DNA of 60,382 nucleotides, the filler included, from Trichosphaerium sp. ATCC 40318 (lineage: Eukaryota > Protista > Tubulinea), in assembly GCA_038496445.1 (NCBI GenBank). It is 3 parts of 3 records of this genome, joined end to end, with 100 filler letters (N's around TTAATTAATTAA, not from the genome) between each part and the next. Parts side by side here need not be neighbours in the genome. Positions count along the whole stretch, not along the records: positions 1 to 15,206 come from JALMLS010000518.1; 2 more parts are not named here. One strand, 5' to 3'. Positions 1 through 15,306 of the stretch are shown here, piece after piece. The translations under genes and the position numbers were made by a program. Numbering within the stretch: position 1 is the stretch's first letter; the number at the start of each line of letters is the position of its first letter. Below the pieces are notes generated by a model, which worked only from the letters and a program-made list of their open reading frames with translations, did no database searches and was not told the origin of the DNA.

Positions 1-1372
1 GTGCTTGAAGCAGTTCTTGCACACTACCACCATACCTATTTACTATGTAAGATTTTGCTAGGGGTAGTTGATGTAGTTTTGTTACTCTCAATGTCTCGGA
101 AAAAGACTCGTGACAGGTTGATAGACAAGTTTGTTTGTTGTTGATTTTGGCGTACATTTTTAAGAGACTACTGCCTCCATACTGACGTATGGTTGTTGCC
201 TGCACGTTTCTTAAAGAGTCAACATCCTTAACACGTATTGAAGCAGAAATAGATTCAAGCGCTTTTAATCTATTAAATCGAGAGTCCCAGTATGTGTGAT
301 TGACATGTCTAGTAATTAATTAAGGTTTAAACAAGGCACAGTGCGTCATTTGGATGAGTTTAACGACAAAGTATAGCGTAAATGTTACTTACGCAAAATC
401 ATGTGTACTCCAGTTGTGATTGGGATACAAGGTCAGCAATGTATCGATAATAGAATTATTGTATCTGTAACTATGATTTAGAAGAATGTAGTTAAGATTT
501 TTGTAACAGTACATTCGTGTTAAACGTCTGCCACCATGACGAATAGTATCTTTATGCATTATCTGATACCAATCATCTAATTCCTTAACACCCAATTTCT
601 CTGCAATACTATCAAGGAACGTCCTTTGTGTGTCGAGTTCGCTCCAAAACGCTTGTACAACATTGCTATTTATAAAAATGAACACTAACTCATTACACAG
701 CGACAACCAACCACAGGTGTGGCTTTTTTCTGCAAATTCAAAAATCATTTTGTGCGCACGTGAATTTAGCAGATGACCATTTGTGTTGTGGGAATACTGC
801 CTTCAGACATTCTTGAAGTGAGTTATTGTACCTACACCAAAGAGTGTTAACAACCTTTTGATAAATAATCTTATCATACCCGCGTAATAGACCACCTATA
901 TCAGAGTTGATGGCTTGTGTTGTGGTGACTTCGTACCAACCATCCAAATGTCGCACTTTTAGTCTTTTAGCTAAATCTTCAATACAAGCGCGATGGTTTG
1001 TAATTTTAGCCCAGTGTGAGCGAGGGGCGTGGCTATTGATAGATTTAATATGACAGGTTGTCAAAGGTAATATTATAAGTGCCTGAAACGTAGAGGATGC
1101 CATTTAAACTTTGGAAACACTGCTTTTAAGCATTTTGATATAGAATTTCCGTATCTAACTCTATGAGTACTGGCGATAATGTTTTGAGTAATCTTGTACC
1201 GGTGTAGCACTCTACGGGCATTATTTTCGAATAAATCCTTTGATGTTACACTATACCAGCCCTGAAGGTCCTTTACGCCTAAATCACGCGCCACAGAGTT
1301 TAAAGAGGTTCTTTGTTCCAAAATTAATGCCCTCGCCACCCTTTTTGGTAAATTAACGTTGTTCCTCCTCAA
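1..1372 (-). CDS. Multi-exon tandem-repeat protein (at least 4 copies of a ~65-aa W..R..L..IA..L.V..L.xWY...GG..L..Y..S...L..VFP...W unit); runs off the window start
   Basis: ORFs 389-748, 738-1103 and 1073-1372 each contain one unit. A fourth unit (YWDSRFNRLKALESI...YGGSSLLKM|YGGSVQELLQ) lies at 1-310. GT-AG introns sit at the homologous position in each unit. The true start is uncertain. Confidence 0.7.
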
Positions 1373-1617
1373 ACTATTAGTACCCGCTCATGCCAATGCA
1401 AATCCCATCATCTACAAAATACTCAAAGTCAACGGGTTTTCGTTTGATTTTTTTTGAGTTTTTGGGCCCCAAAACAGCTATGGTATGTTATTGCGACGTT
1501 TGTCATTTTACTCGATACATTGGTTGCTCGAAATTACATTAATGAGGTTACAAAAAAAGAAAGCAAGGGAAAGGTGTTTTGTTTAGTGCCTAAAATTTTT
1601 ATATTTTCTAGTTTAGA

Positions 1618-2982
1618 TTAAGCTCCCATTGGCCGAGGTGCCATACTAGGTGTTACAGGAGGAGGTGCATATTGGGTACAATTAGCACACGAAATTCTTC
1701 CAAATGAAAACTTCATACAACGGTATGCTAAGAGGCGTAAGCAACGCTTAATAAATCAAAACAAAAACCAAAAGTTAACAATAACGCACATTCTGTACAG
1801 AATGGAGATAGTCCTGTTGGGCTTGATGGAGATACTGGATAACATACGCCTTGTTTAGGTTCCCATAAACCATCACTAAATTATAATAAGTCATAACTTT
1901 ATTTTTTTGACACGTGACACTTTCACAAATGATCGTGTCACAGAAAAAATTCTTATTTTTGTGTTACAAGCGTAATTAAAAAAAACAATGTAGACAACGA
2001 ACACTGGAAAAATTTTCCCTTAATAATACGAACAGGGTAAAAAAATTCAACCCAACTATTTCATAATAGTTGGCACGTAGTGCTTACTTACAAAGGTTTT
2101 AAGTGAAAATAATCAAAACTGATACAAAAAATAAAGTTTTCAGCTTGGCGTTCGCAAGGATGGAAAATTCAAAGTTCTTGTACCATGAATCTGCTGGTGG
2201 TTCTTCTGGTAAAGGTTTCCAAGCATATGCAAGTGCAGCCGTACATACAGCGATCTAGAAAAAAAATGTTTTCCAAAAAATCAAGAAAACCTTTGGTTTT
2301 GGAAATAAAAAAGAGTGTGTTGTACCTGCACAACTAATAAGCCAATAATTAGCCATTTGAATTTTGGGTCTAAATCACCATTTTGGTACCATTTATACTT
2401 AATTGATTGTCAGAGATTGTACGCCGTTTATGTTGTCATTTTAATTGGTCACTTAACGTACCAATACAATCAACACTGACATAACGGCAAGAGTTGCTAT
2501 TCCAGCGATAAAGTGTTGAGGTATCTTATGTACTACACCAAACGCTACTGAGCATGATACTGAGAACTAACAGAGACAATAAAGTTAGGGTTGTAAGTTT
2601 TGTTACAAAAAACTTTACATAACCGCCAAAAAGGCTAAAAAAGCGCCTCAAAATGCGTATGCATGTAGTGACGCCTTGGCGGTATATGAAGCTTCGTTAA
2701 GTAGCGTACAAGCAACAAAGAAGGCAATCACAAAAACAAAAGAAGTTTGGGTTTTGAAGGCTCTTAAATATTTGCGTACCAGGGTGAGCAATACAATACC
2801 GCCTCCGAGAAGCCATATTACGAGTTTTGTCTGGACAAGCGTCAGATCTTTACTGACAAAAAAGAGTGGTGTATGCGCTGTATTATTGTGCTTTTAACGA
2901 CCAACGTGTCGCTCTGACGCAATAACTCGCATAAATTTACTGGTACCTTTCGCTTCTGTTCTCCAAAAAGTGGTTCGTCCAT
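1618..2982 (-). CDS. Multi-exon multi-pass membrane protein of unknown function with a Cys/Pro-rich C-tail
   Basis: Manual splicing gives MDEPLFGEQKRK..., hydrophobic segments, then ...IAVCTAALAYAWKPLPEEPPADS|CDGLWEPKQGVCYP...APRPMGA* using canonical splice sites. Confidence 0.5.
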
Positions 2983-3127
2983 TTGTCGAACTATGCAAGT
3001 GGAATGGGTACAATGAAGCGCTGTGGAATTTTCGTACAGTGACTTAAAGTTTTTATTGCCCTAAGTACGACACAGAGCGTTACCTCTTTGACATTTCATT
3101 CTGTAAAGTTACAAATAACACGAGAGA

Positions 3128-6990
<3,863 letters not shown>

Positions 6991-7126
6991 TAAAAGAAGT
7001 TAGATTGCCGTTATTTTTTGGCGTACACGTATGAGAAATGATTAAACGTAATGTTTTAACATTCAGAGCACAACAGTGACTTTTCAAAGTTTGCATACAC
7101 TTTTGTTATTTTGTAGTGCAGTTTAT

Positions 7127-7579
7127 TTAACCATAACGAAGTGCCAAGAGGAAACCCAAGCCGAATCCACCTCCAGCAGGCATTGCTGTCGTTAAAATAT
7201 TCATTGTTTGTCTAGTCCATTGGTTTACCTCTGTTTGGTCTATTTTACCATCGTTGTTACTGTCTAATGCGGCTACAGATGCATCTTTTACTTTTGACCA
7301 GTTCATTGTAATAAAGCCATTGTACGCAAGTAACTACAATTAATGAGCGTACAGCGGGTGTTTTTTAGCGTTTTACCTGCAATCCAATGAAACCAATACC
7401 AATACTGAAAGCAATAACCTTACCAACCTGTTTCATCGCATATCCGCTGCAGAAGCCTAACGGATTCGTTTAGTATTTTGAAAAAACGCTAAAAACGTAC
7501 CACAAACACCGCCGAACGACAGTTTTGATGTGATTGGTACAACGTATTTAGTAACAACAGATACGTCTTCTTCGGACAT
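7127..7579 (-). CDS. FUN14/FUNDC family mitochondrial outer-membrane protein (3 exons)
   Basis: Spliced product ...LSFGGVCGFCSGYAMKQVGKVIAFSIGIGFIGLQLLAYNGFITMNWSKV...GGGFGLGFLLALRYG* fits the FUN14 pattern. Confidence 0.85.
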
Positions 7580-7890
7580 AGTTGGAGTTTTTTAACCAGA
7601 CTTAAACAATAAATACATTAAGCTTCGAGAGTAGTGGACTCAGCGAACATTGTCATTTCACCGTTAATCAATAATGGTTTTAGAACTCTTACGTTAATTG
7701 TTAGAGTCACGGCCCTCATGACAGCTAGCACATCTTAGTAAATGGGTGTTAAAGTTGCACGTGATAATAGCTTGAGATGGTTGCAACTCTGAAGTTAAAT
7801 TGTTCGTAGTTCACATACAGAGTTGACGTTCTCTCTCACGTGCCTCTACGCCTTTTTAATTGAAGTATCTTCTTTATTGAGCGTTTGTAG

Positions 7891-10080
7891 ACAAAGCGAC
7901 GGAGAGCACAGTACGTGAATAAAGGTGTACGTCAAACTTACTCATTTGTAGACAAGAATCAAGCTCGGATTCAGAATTGTCAGAGCCTCGACAGAAGAAA
8001 CGAAAACTGTACGTCTTCTTCGAGATCGATTTCTTTTGCTTTTCGACTTTGGTAACAATTTGTTTCTCAAATCACTTGAAATTTCTTTGCTTACTTAACT
8101 TTTTTTTGAAAAACTTTCCAACGTTATATAGTATATTTTGTACTTGTGTTAACACGTTGGTGTAGCATCAAAAAAACTGATAGCAAAGAGGATCAGGAAT
8201 TAGGACTCAAGTTAGGGGAAGTTTATAAAGAAATCTTAGCTTCTCAGGCTGCTCAAGATTAAAAAATTGAAGCAATGACACAGCAGTTTAAAAGGAACGG
8301 AGGCAAATAAACCAAAACAGAGGAAGCGGCCAAAAAAGCAAAGGAAACCGAACTTCGGATGTCTAACGCACTTCAATCAAACCAAGAACAATTGGTGTCT
8401 CTTAAAGATCAAGTAGAAGTCCATAGTGTGATTGTAAAGAACCTGGAAGCATCATTGGATAAACTGTCGACAGAGAATGAAAGGCTTAGAAAAAGTTTAG
8501 CTAAAGCAAAACATATCATTCACCGCATGCAATTATTGACCGAGAAAGTGTCCTGCAATTACATCTCCGAGCTCGCGCTTCCATTTCAGCAATACAACAA
8601 GTACTATCGTGCGTATACTTTACTGATTCTGCATTGAGCCACCTAAGCTTTTTCTTTAGATGGTGCTTTTCCAAAGGCTTTTCGTATCATAGATCTAGAT
8701 CTGAATGAATTTTCGAACTTTAAGCTTGACAAGGAGTGTTCTAACTTCATGGACCATACTTTTTTCACAACAGAGATATCTTTTGGCAACTATCAAGTTC
8801 AGGAATTAAACTTGAACTTGAATATGATGTAATCAATTCTCAGACCAAGAACCCAACAGATGTTCCAGAACAAGATGCAAATAACAAACATAGTTACGAG
8901 ATAAGAGATACTCGCCCTGATGTCTGTTTGGTAACCAAGGGATCTGAATATTCTTGGTTTAATATTGTTGTTGTGATTGAACTTAAGCTTAAGTTATATC
9001 AAGTAGGGATAGAACAAGACAACTCTATTGGCCAGCTTCAATATCATCTGCTCTCTGTCATGGCAATGAACGTAATGCGCACCTTCGCATGGGGTATCAT
9101 AATAAACGGGGTAGACGTCATGTTTGTTAAGGCAGTGAGATCAAAGGAAAATCTAGATGATATTGTATTTCATAAGAGCAAGAGTATAAACTTGGTAAAA
9201 GGTGGATCAAGGATGATCCAACAACTTGTCCGCCAAAGTCCTGATACTCTTGGATGGTTTCCAATCAAACTCGAGATTGAAGATTTTAAAGCGCACCCAT
9301 ATAGTGCTGTTGGACGTACCAAAACAAGTACGTACATAAAGTTTCATGAAAATTGTTTTAATTTCTTGCTTAGGTGTCGTTTACTCAGTTGTTGATGAGA
9401 AAAACCACAGGATGGTTGTCGTCAAACAAAAATATGGCAACGACGCCCAAAAACGCTTAGAACGTGAAGTAAATACTAAAGCAACTAAAAGACGTGGAGG
9501 GTGTACCTCACCTGGTAAGTATATTTTTATTACCCATTTTTGTACAAGTCATTAACAGTAGTGTTACACCAGCTAAATATGTGAAAATCTTAGAAGCTGT
9601 ACATGCCAAAGGATTATGTCATGGGTACCAACACTATTCCTTATTTTAAATAATTAACTTATCTTATGTAGGAGGTTATCAATGGAACATCTTTGTGCAA
9701 GTTGTACTGAAGAGGCATACATCTTACATTGGGGAGGTGCTGTGAAACTAGGTACAAAGAAGAAGTATGAGGGCTCTCTACTTTTCGCACCAGATCATGT
9801 CATCACAGACTACAAGCACAAGAACCAGGTTGTTGAACATACAGCAGCTGATGACCTTGAAACATTAATTCGACTCTTTTACTACTGTTTTACAAAGACA
9901 GAGGTAGAAGCCAGGGATATGCACAAAAGTTGCAATTTATGTTGTGCTCAGGGCAATAGTGAACAGCAGAAGCTTCTCACAAAATATCGGCCTGACATGC
10001 CAAGCAGCTATGTGAGGGCGTTAAAATATGCTAGTGAGCTAAAATATGATGCCATAATTGAATGTTTACAGGTGGCGTAA
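7891..10080 (+). pseudogene. Crinkler-like PD-(D/E)xK nuclease plus protein-kinase gene with coiled-coil/NLS N-terminus, apparently disrupted
   Basis: RPDVC...VVVIELK...IGQL...AWGII (REase fold), followed by kinase-like segments VVVK...LEREV, ILEAVHAKGLCHG, HWGGAV, YEGSLLFAP and DDLETL. In-frame stop near 8260, and the catalytic loop is not recoverable. Confidence 0.65.
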
Positions 10081-10240
10081 TTAGAGGTGTTAACGAAACA
10101 GTTTTTGTAACAACTAACTGTTTCAGTCTGAATTTGATCACACGTTGCAGATTTTTCAATCAAGTGTTTTGGTAGAGCCGCTGTCGGGCGATAGCGCTTT
10201 GAACCAAGGATATCTCGAGAGGGCCTTCAAAACAAAAAGG

Positions 10241-10616
10241 TTAGAAATTTCAAGTTCGCTGATTTGAGAAAAACGAAAGTCAAAAAGCAGAGAAATCGCC
10301 GAAAAAGAAGACTTACAGTTTTCGTTTCTTCTGTCGAGGCTCTGACAATTCTGAATCCGAGCTTGATTGTTGTCTACAAATGAGTAAGTTTGACGTACAC
10401 CTTTATTCACGTACTGTGCTCTCCGTCGCTTTGTTCGTTTTTTTGGTGTTGGTTTTTTGAGCGCAACGAGGTAGATGTGATAGCGCTCCTTTTTGTACAC
10501 GTTACAGATTGTTGTACACAAAAGGGCTTTGATAAAATAAAAAACTTTTCAATTTGCCAAGAAAAAGTGGAGTTATCATCTGAATCAGAATGGCTGCCAC
10601 TTCTAGTTGTGAGCAA
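10241..10616 (-). repeat. Inverted partial copy of the 5' exons of the nuclease-kinase gene (10241-10434 matches 7891-~8086)
   Basis: Near-identical reverse complement, including the exon SSSDSELSEPRQKKRKL and its splice donor; truncated downstream. Confidence 0.85.
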
Positions 10617-10812
10617 ATAAGTTATGGTTCAAAAGCGGCTTTTGGCGTACAGGTGTTGTAACAGCTTTATTATTTCGTTGGCAATGATTGTTTTTGTAAC
10701 CTTCAGCTTTACAGGTTTCATAAAATCCGTCCTATCACCGAGAGTAACGTATTTATATTGCTGCTCCCAGAGGGTGATAAGCTTTGATTTCGAGCATTGC
10801 TTCAGTTGTGCT

Positions 10813-13023
10813 TAGCGATGTTCCAAACGGATAGATTGCAAAATTCGTATTTGAACCAAATTTTCTTGGTTTATTCGAAGAATTGTTTTCTGAATATTAA
10901 GTAATCTACTTTACAACTGAAAATGGCGTGCACCTATTCATGTCCAAAATTGCCCATAGAGGTATGGGAAATGTATATATTACCATTTGGGATTACCAGA
11001 CTCTCAGACGCTTTTAATCTTATGAACGTTTGTAAATCATTCCATCGATACTCCAAATCGCGTTTATTCTGGCTTGAGTTTCTCGATAAACGATATTTGA
11101 TGCTTTTGGACATTGTCAAGCTTTGTTACAAAAAAACCGCACCAGGCCTTCTAAAAGTCATCAAAAACACATATATTACGTGGCCTGAGAATATATACGC
11201 TTCCGGAGGCATCAAAGCCGTTGTTTTATCGAAAATATTTGTAGCGGAACAAATCACCGATATCGACGCTGAATTACAGTGGCATATAAGCGGTAAATGT
11301 GCTGTTTGCTCTACGACAGAAGATATGGACAGTTTTTATCACTGCGAGCAATGCGATAATGTTAGCGTCTGTATTGATTGTGGAGAGCGTACTATAACAT
11401 CAGAAGTAGATAAACCGAGTATTGATTGGAAGGCAGGACCCATTGGGGATCCTAAAAAGTCTGCTGAAGAAAAATCTTGTCACGGTGATCATTGTTTTAC
11501 GTTCATTGAAAATATCAGTTGTATGGCTTGCTATACATCTTATTGGGTTGATGGTTACATGGAATGTAAGACTTGTTCTAGAACATGTGGAACAAGCAAG
11601 TACTTGTGCCTTCTATGTCATAAGAGAGGAGTATCTTATGAACATAAGTCATACGAAGAGGATTGGGATGGATTCTGGCACAGACCAAGTCACGTGATGG
11701 AATTTACAATGCATCATAATAGAGTATGTGATGTTTGCCTAAAATCTCCTAGACGTTGGTGGCGTTGTACGGAGTGTGATGAAGAAATTTGTGTTGACTG
11801 TTTTAATGATAATAAGACGGTTGAAAAACGTGATGGAGAGGTTGTTTGTGATCATAAGTATTTCCTTTGTAAAGGCTTGATGAAGGAAGTTAAAAACTCA
11901 GAAAATCCTACACCGTTTAAAGAAAGTTTGGAATCAGCAAAGTTCCCTTTAAATATACTGTCAATGTACAGTGATGACTTTAATGGGTATGGAAGTTACT
12001 TTACGTTATTCAATAGCCATTGCCCAGGAGTTATGGAAGGATGGATAACAAGAGGTGGTATCGAGTATGGGATAAAATACCAAGGACAACCAGATTGTTG
12101 GAGATTTTGTGGTAGATTTGGAAGTAGTCAACAAGGATACCCTGATGACGATGATGGCCATATACTATACACTCGTACCGGTATTAAATATAAAGGCGGC
12201 ATATTATCACATTCATTCAAGGGTAAAGGATTGATCACGTTCGTAGATGGGTCATTCTTTGATGGTGTTATTTCGAAGACTTCTTATTTTAATTTCACGG
12301 GTGAAGGAACTTTCACTTCAAAAAGTGGGGTATCATCTCATTGTTCACTATCTACAAGTGATGCATCGACATTCACTTTTTTCCACATTGTTGTAGGATA
12401 TAAAAAGAAGCTTGCTGTTATGAGGGTAAAGTACGGGTATCCCATTGAACTAGATGTTGAGAAGGATTGGTATAAAGAGAACAAGCATTTGAAGTCTGGT
12501 AGTAGTAGTACAAGTGACAGTACTAGTAGTGATAGCGATAGCAATAGTACAATTAGCATTGAAGACATTGGGGAAATCGATGATCTCTTTGACTTGTAGT
12601 AAACGATAGAACATTAAAACAAGTTTAGAGTAAAGTAATGTATAGTAACTGTTTTTGTGTTTGCTTAAGGCCTTTAAATATGACGCACACAGTATGTTTT
12701 TTTCCAAAGACTTGTGGCTTCATGCAAAGTGGTACGTAATAAAGTAATGGTAATAAGGTAAGAATCCTCTTGATTTAAGATCTGGGGTCGTACAAAGAAG
12801 CACAAGATGAATCTCTCAAACAAGTGTTTTACTTTTTTGTAATTCGTAATCTAAGCTTATTAGTAACTCTCTGTTTTTAGAACACCAAATTGTGGTTTGC
12901 TCTGGTGTCAACATGGCTTGAAGTCGCTCTTCTCTGAAAACCGAATCGGAATATATTCGACAATTTCCAACTTTTTACGTTCTGGCGATAGATTCGGTAT
13001 TCTATTCGTTTGGAACATCGCTA
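10813..13023. mobile_element. Non-autonomous hAT-type DNA transposon carrying a cargo gene
   Basis: 23-bp TIRs TAGCGATGTTCCAAACGGATAGA (10813-10835) and TCTATTCGTTTGGAACATCGCTA (13001-13023), 1 mismatch. Perfect 8-bp TSD GTTGTGCT at 10805-10812 and 13024-13031. ATTCG-type subterminal motifs at both ends. Confidence 0.9.
10923..12599 (+). CDS. Intronless 558-aa protein: F-box, three ZZ-like zinc fingers, MORN-like repeats, Ser/Asp tail
   Basis: LPIEVWEMYIL...LMNVCKSF...LFW (F-box); three CxxC..CxxC..CxxC..H clusters; GIKYKGG..FKGKGLITFVDGSFFDG..GEGTFT (MORN-like). Confidence 0.85.
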   Translation: MACTYSCPKLPIEVWEMYILPFGITRLSDAFNLMNVCKSFHRYSKSRLFWLEFLDKRYLMLLDIVKLCYKKTAPGLLKVIKNTYITWPENIYASGGIKAVVLSKIFVAEQITDIDAELQWHISGKCAVCSTTEDMDSFYHCEQCDNVSVCIDCGERTITSEVDKPSIDWKAGPIGDPKKSAEEKSCHGDHCFTFIENISCMACYTSYWVDGYMECKTCSRTCGTSKYLCLLCHKRGVSYEHKSYEEDWDGFWHRPSHVMEFTMHHNRVCDVCLKSPRRWWRCTECDEEICVDCFNDNKTVEKRDGEVVCDHKYFLCKGLMKEVKNSENPTPFKESLESAKFPLNILSMYSDDFNGYGSYFTLFNSHCPGVMEGWITRGGIEYGIKYQGQPDCWRFCGRFGSSQQGYPDDDDGHILYTRTGIKYKGGILSHSFKGKGLITFVDGSFFDGVISKTSYFNFTGEGTFTSKSGVSSHCSLSTSDASTFTFFHIVVGYKKKLAVMRVKYGYPIELDVEKDWYKENKHLKSGSSSTSDSTSSDSDSNSTISIEDIGEIDDLFDL

Positions 13024-13346
13024 GTTGTGCTACCGTTGGGATACAGTCAGAGCTAGAACGGGTTGGAGATTCGTTGGTTTGTGGTCATTTTCAGCCTCTG
13101 TACCAGAATTCCTCACGGCTCGCTTGTTTTTATTTCCTCGAACAAACAGAAAGGCGTAACTATGAAATATTGAATCCTTTTGTTTTCTATTGTCATAGTA
13201 GCCAATAGTGCAACAACCCTTACTTTGTATTTCTAACTATGTAAAGCTGAAACAACAGGGCACGTGAGAGCAAAACCGCCTGCAAAGCTGAATACAGCAC
13301 AAGTTTTACAATTAATTGTAATAAAAGCAAATGTTTCGAAAACTAA

Positions 13347-14815
13347 TCACTTTATTTCAGATATCTTTTTGTAGGAAAGGCATCCTGTCTCATCGTATTC
13401 TTCCTTGGAGATACATATTTCTTTCCTGAACGTGGAAAGAGAACCAAGGATTGACCCACCGATCCAAGATAAGTGGTCCTCACTAGGAGTACGCACATTG
13501 ATCTTCATTGGAGTGCGAGGAGCAATATTTTGAAGGTCTTTTTCTAGTCTTTTATCGAGACCTTTGAACTTTGCAGAACCGCCTGAGAGTACAATATTAT
13601 TATACAATGGCCTCCAGTTATCTACTTTACACTTCATAAGTGCGCTATTAACTGTTTCATGTAAGCCAGTTTTGCTTGGATTCTCAACAATACTTGAAAG
13701 CAAGTTTGGTTGGAACATTGCTTCTGTGCATTCGAAACGCTCGTCGCCTATTTTGATGGTATCACCTCCAGGTAGTATGTAATGGACCTTCTCATTACTA
13801 TCAATCTCTTTTTTGAAATCGAGTTGTACATAACAGGTTCTTTCTTTGATATCGCGGACTATACGAAGCTCATACCAAGTGGAGAAAGTACCACGTTTTC
13901 GTTGATTGAGCAGATTTTTTAAGTACTCGGAAATATGTTGACCACCAATATCTGAGTGGACTACGCCTTTCTCACATATGGTCCCTTCATAAAAAGGTAC
14001 GATTCTGGTGATTTGTTCTCCGATATCAATAACAGTTCCTGAGACACAGGGTAAGAAAGGCAAAAAGTGGAATTTTTTTCTTCAACAACTACCTGTAGTA
14101 GATCCTGAGGTGATGAGTGAAAGCGCTTCTTGTTTAGCAATATGCATGGCAGGTACGTTGAATTTTTCAAACATAATTTGTGTCATCTTTTCCCTACAGA
14201 AGCAAGTGTTAATATAGAAGTAGCGCAGACATGTATAAAGAAGGCAATTGAAATGACTTTGCAGTTCACTAAAGTGCCTCTGGTTACCTACGTGTTCTCT
14301 TTTGGGTTCAAAGTATACTCTGATAATAGAATAGGTTGATTCTCTGGCTGTACTTTAAGCTCATTGTCAAAAGTATGACGCCACAAGATTTCCATTTCAT
14401 CCCAGTTAGTTATGACACCCTTTTGAACAGGGTATTTCAATGTACAAATACCACGTTTAGAGAACACTTCCTCACCAACATAGCATTCTAAAAAAAGCAT
14501 GTGATTAGAGCTCCGGTATAAACGGACTGTTGCAGGTAAAATTTATAGACTGCTTGGGATACATTTTGATAGACAGCAAAGGCTTGGTCCAGTTTATTTT
14601 CGTACCTTTAAGCTTTTTGGCTATCTTTTCTTGGCATCCGGGTTTCACGTGACCTACAACAGACGGAAAGACAACTCTCGGAGCTTCTTCTCCTGCAAAA
14701 CCAGCTTTACACACGTATGAGCCATTCGTTATAACTACTGAAGGTTCTGTAGGAGTACAAGTAAGAATGGAAAAACAAGTGCGTATTATAACGTGTAGCG
14801 CATACCTTCAGACAT
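13347..14815 (-). CDS. Divergent actin / actin-related protein (multi-exon)
   Basis: [96 protein letters not shown]. Confidence 0.9.
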
Positions 14816-15206
14816 TGTGGGCGAAGTACTTACTTTTATTTGTTTACTACTAAGCAGCCTGTGCTTAAACAAACATGCTTGGTAGAAACTTCGCAAAAAT
14901 TCTTTGAAAAATAGGTTATCTAAACGGTTTTAACGTGGTTCACATATTCCACGACATGTTCACCACGAGAGGGTACTGTCAGTGTCAACGAGTGAAGCTT
15001 GCTTAGCAGTTCGAAACCAAACCCTAAAAAAGGTTACAATTTTTTTTTGTTGAACAAGCGGCATAGCGCTAGCTCCTACTTTATTAGATTACAGTATGGG
15101 AAACACATGCTTTGGTGGTATTCATCATGTACTTTGCATACTTTAAATGGAGGATTCAAAAGCAAGACTAATACAATATGAACCACGTGAATCAATGCTA
15201 TTGGTA

Positions 15207-15306
15207 NNNNNNNNNNNNNNNNNNNNNNNNNNNNNNNNNNNNNNNNNNNNTTAATTAATTAANNNNNNNNNNNNNNNNNNNNNNNNNNNNNNNNNNNNNN
15301 NNNNNN
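15207..15306. other. Assembly gap with artificial six-frame-stop linker TTAATTAATTAA
   Basis: Exactly 100 nt: N run, linker at 15251-15262, N run. Confidence 0.95.

Noticed and set aside
7891-10434. Inverted repeats around the nuclease-kinase read as transposon TIRs
   Set aside because: No TSD. The repeat consists of exon/intron sequence, and the right copy extends as coding sequence.
10630-13295. Weak outer inverted similarity (TTCAGCTTTACA / TGTAAAGCTGAA) around the hAT element
   Set aside because: Short patchy matches; no termini or TSD could be defined.
15251-15262. TTAATTAATTAA palindrome within N runs (also 33698-33710)
   Set aside because: Artificial contig linker; adjacency across it carries no biological meaning.
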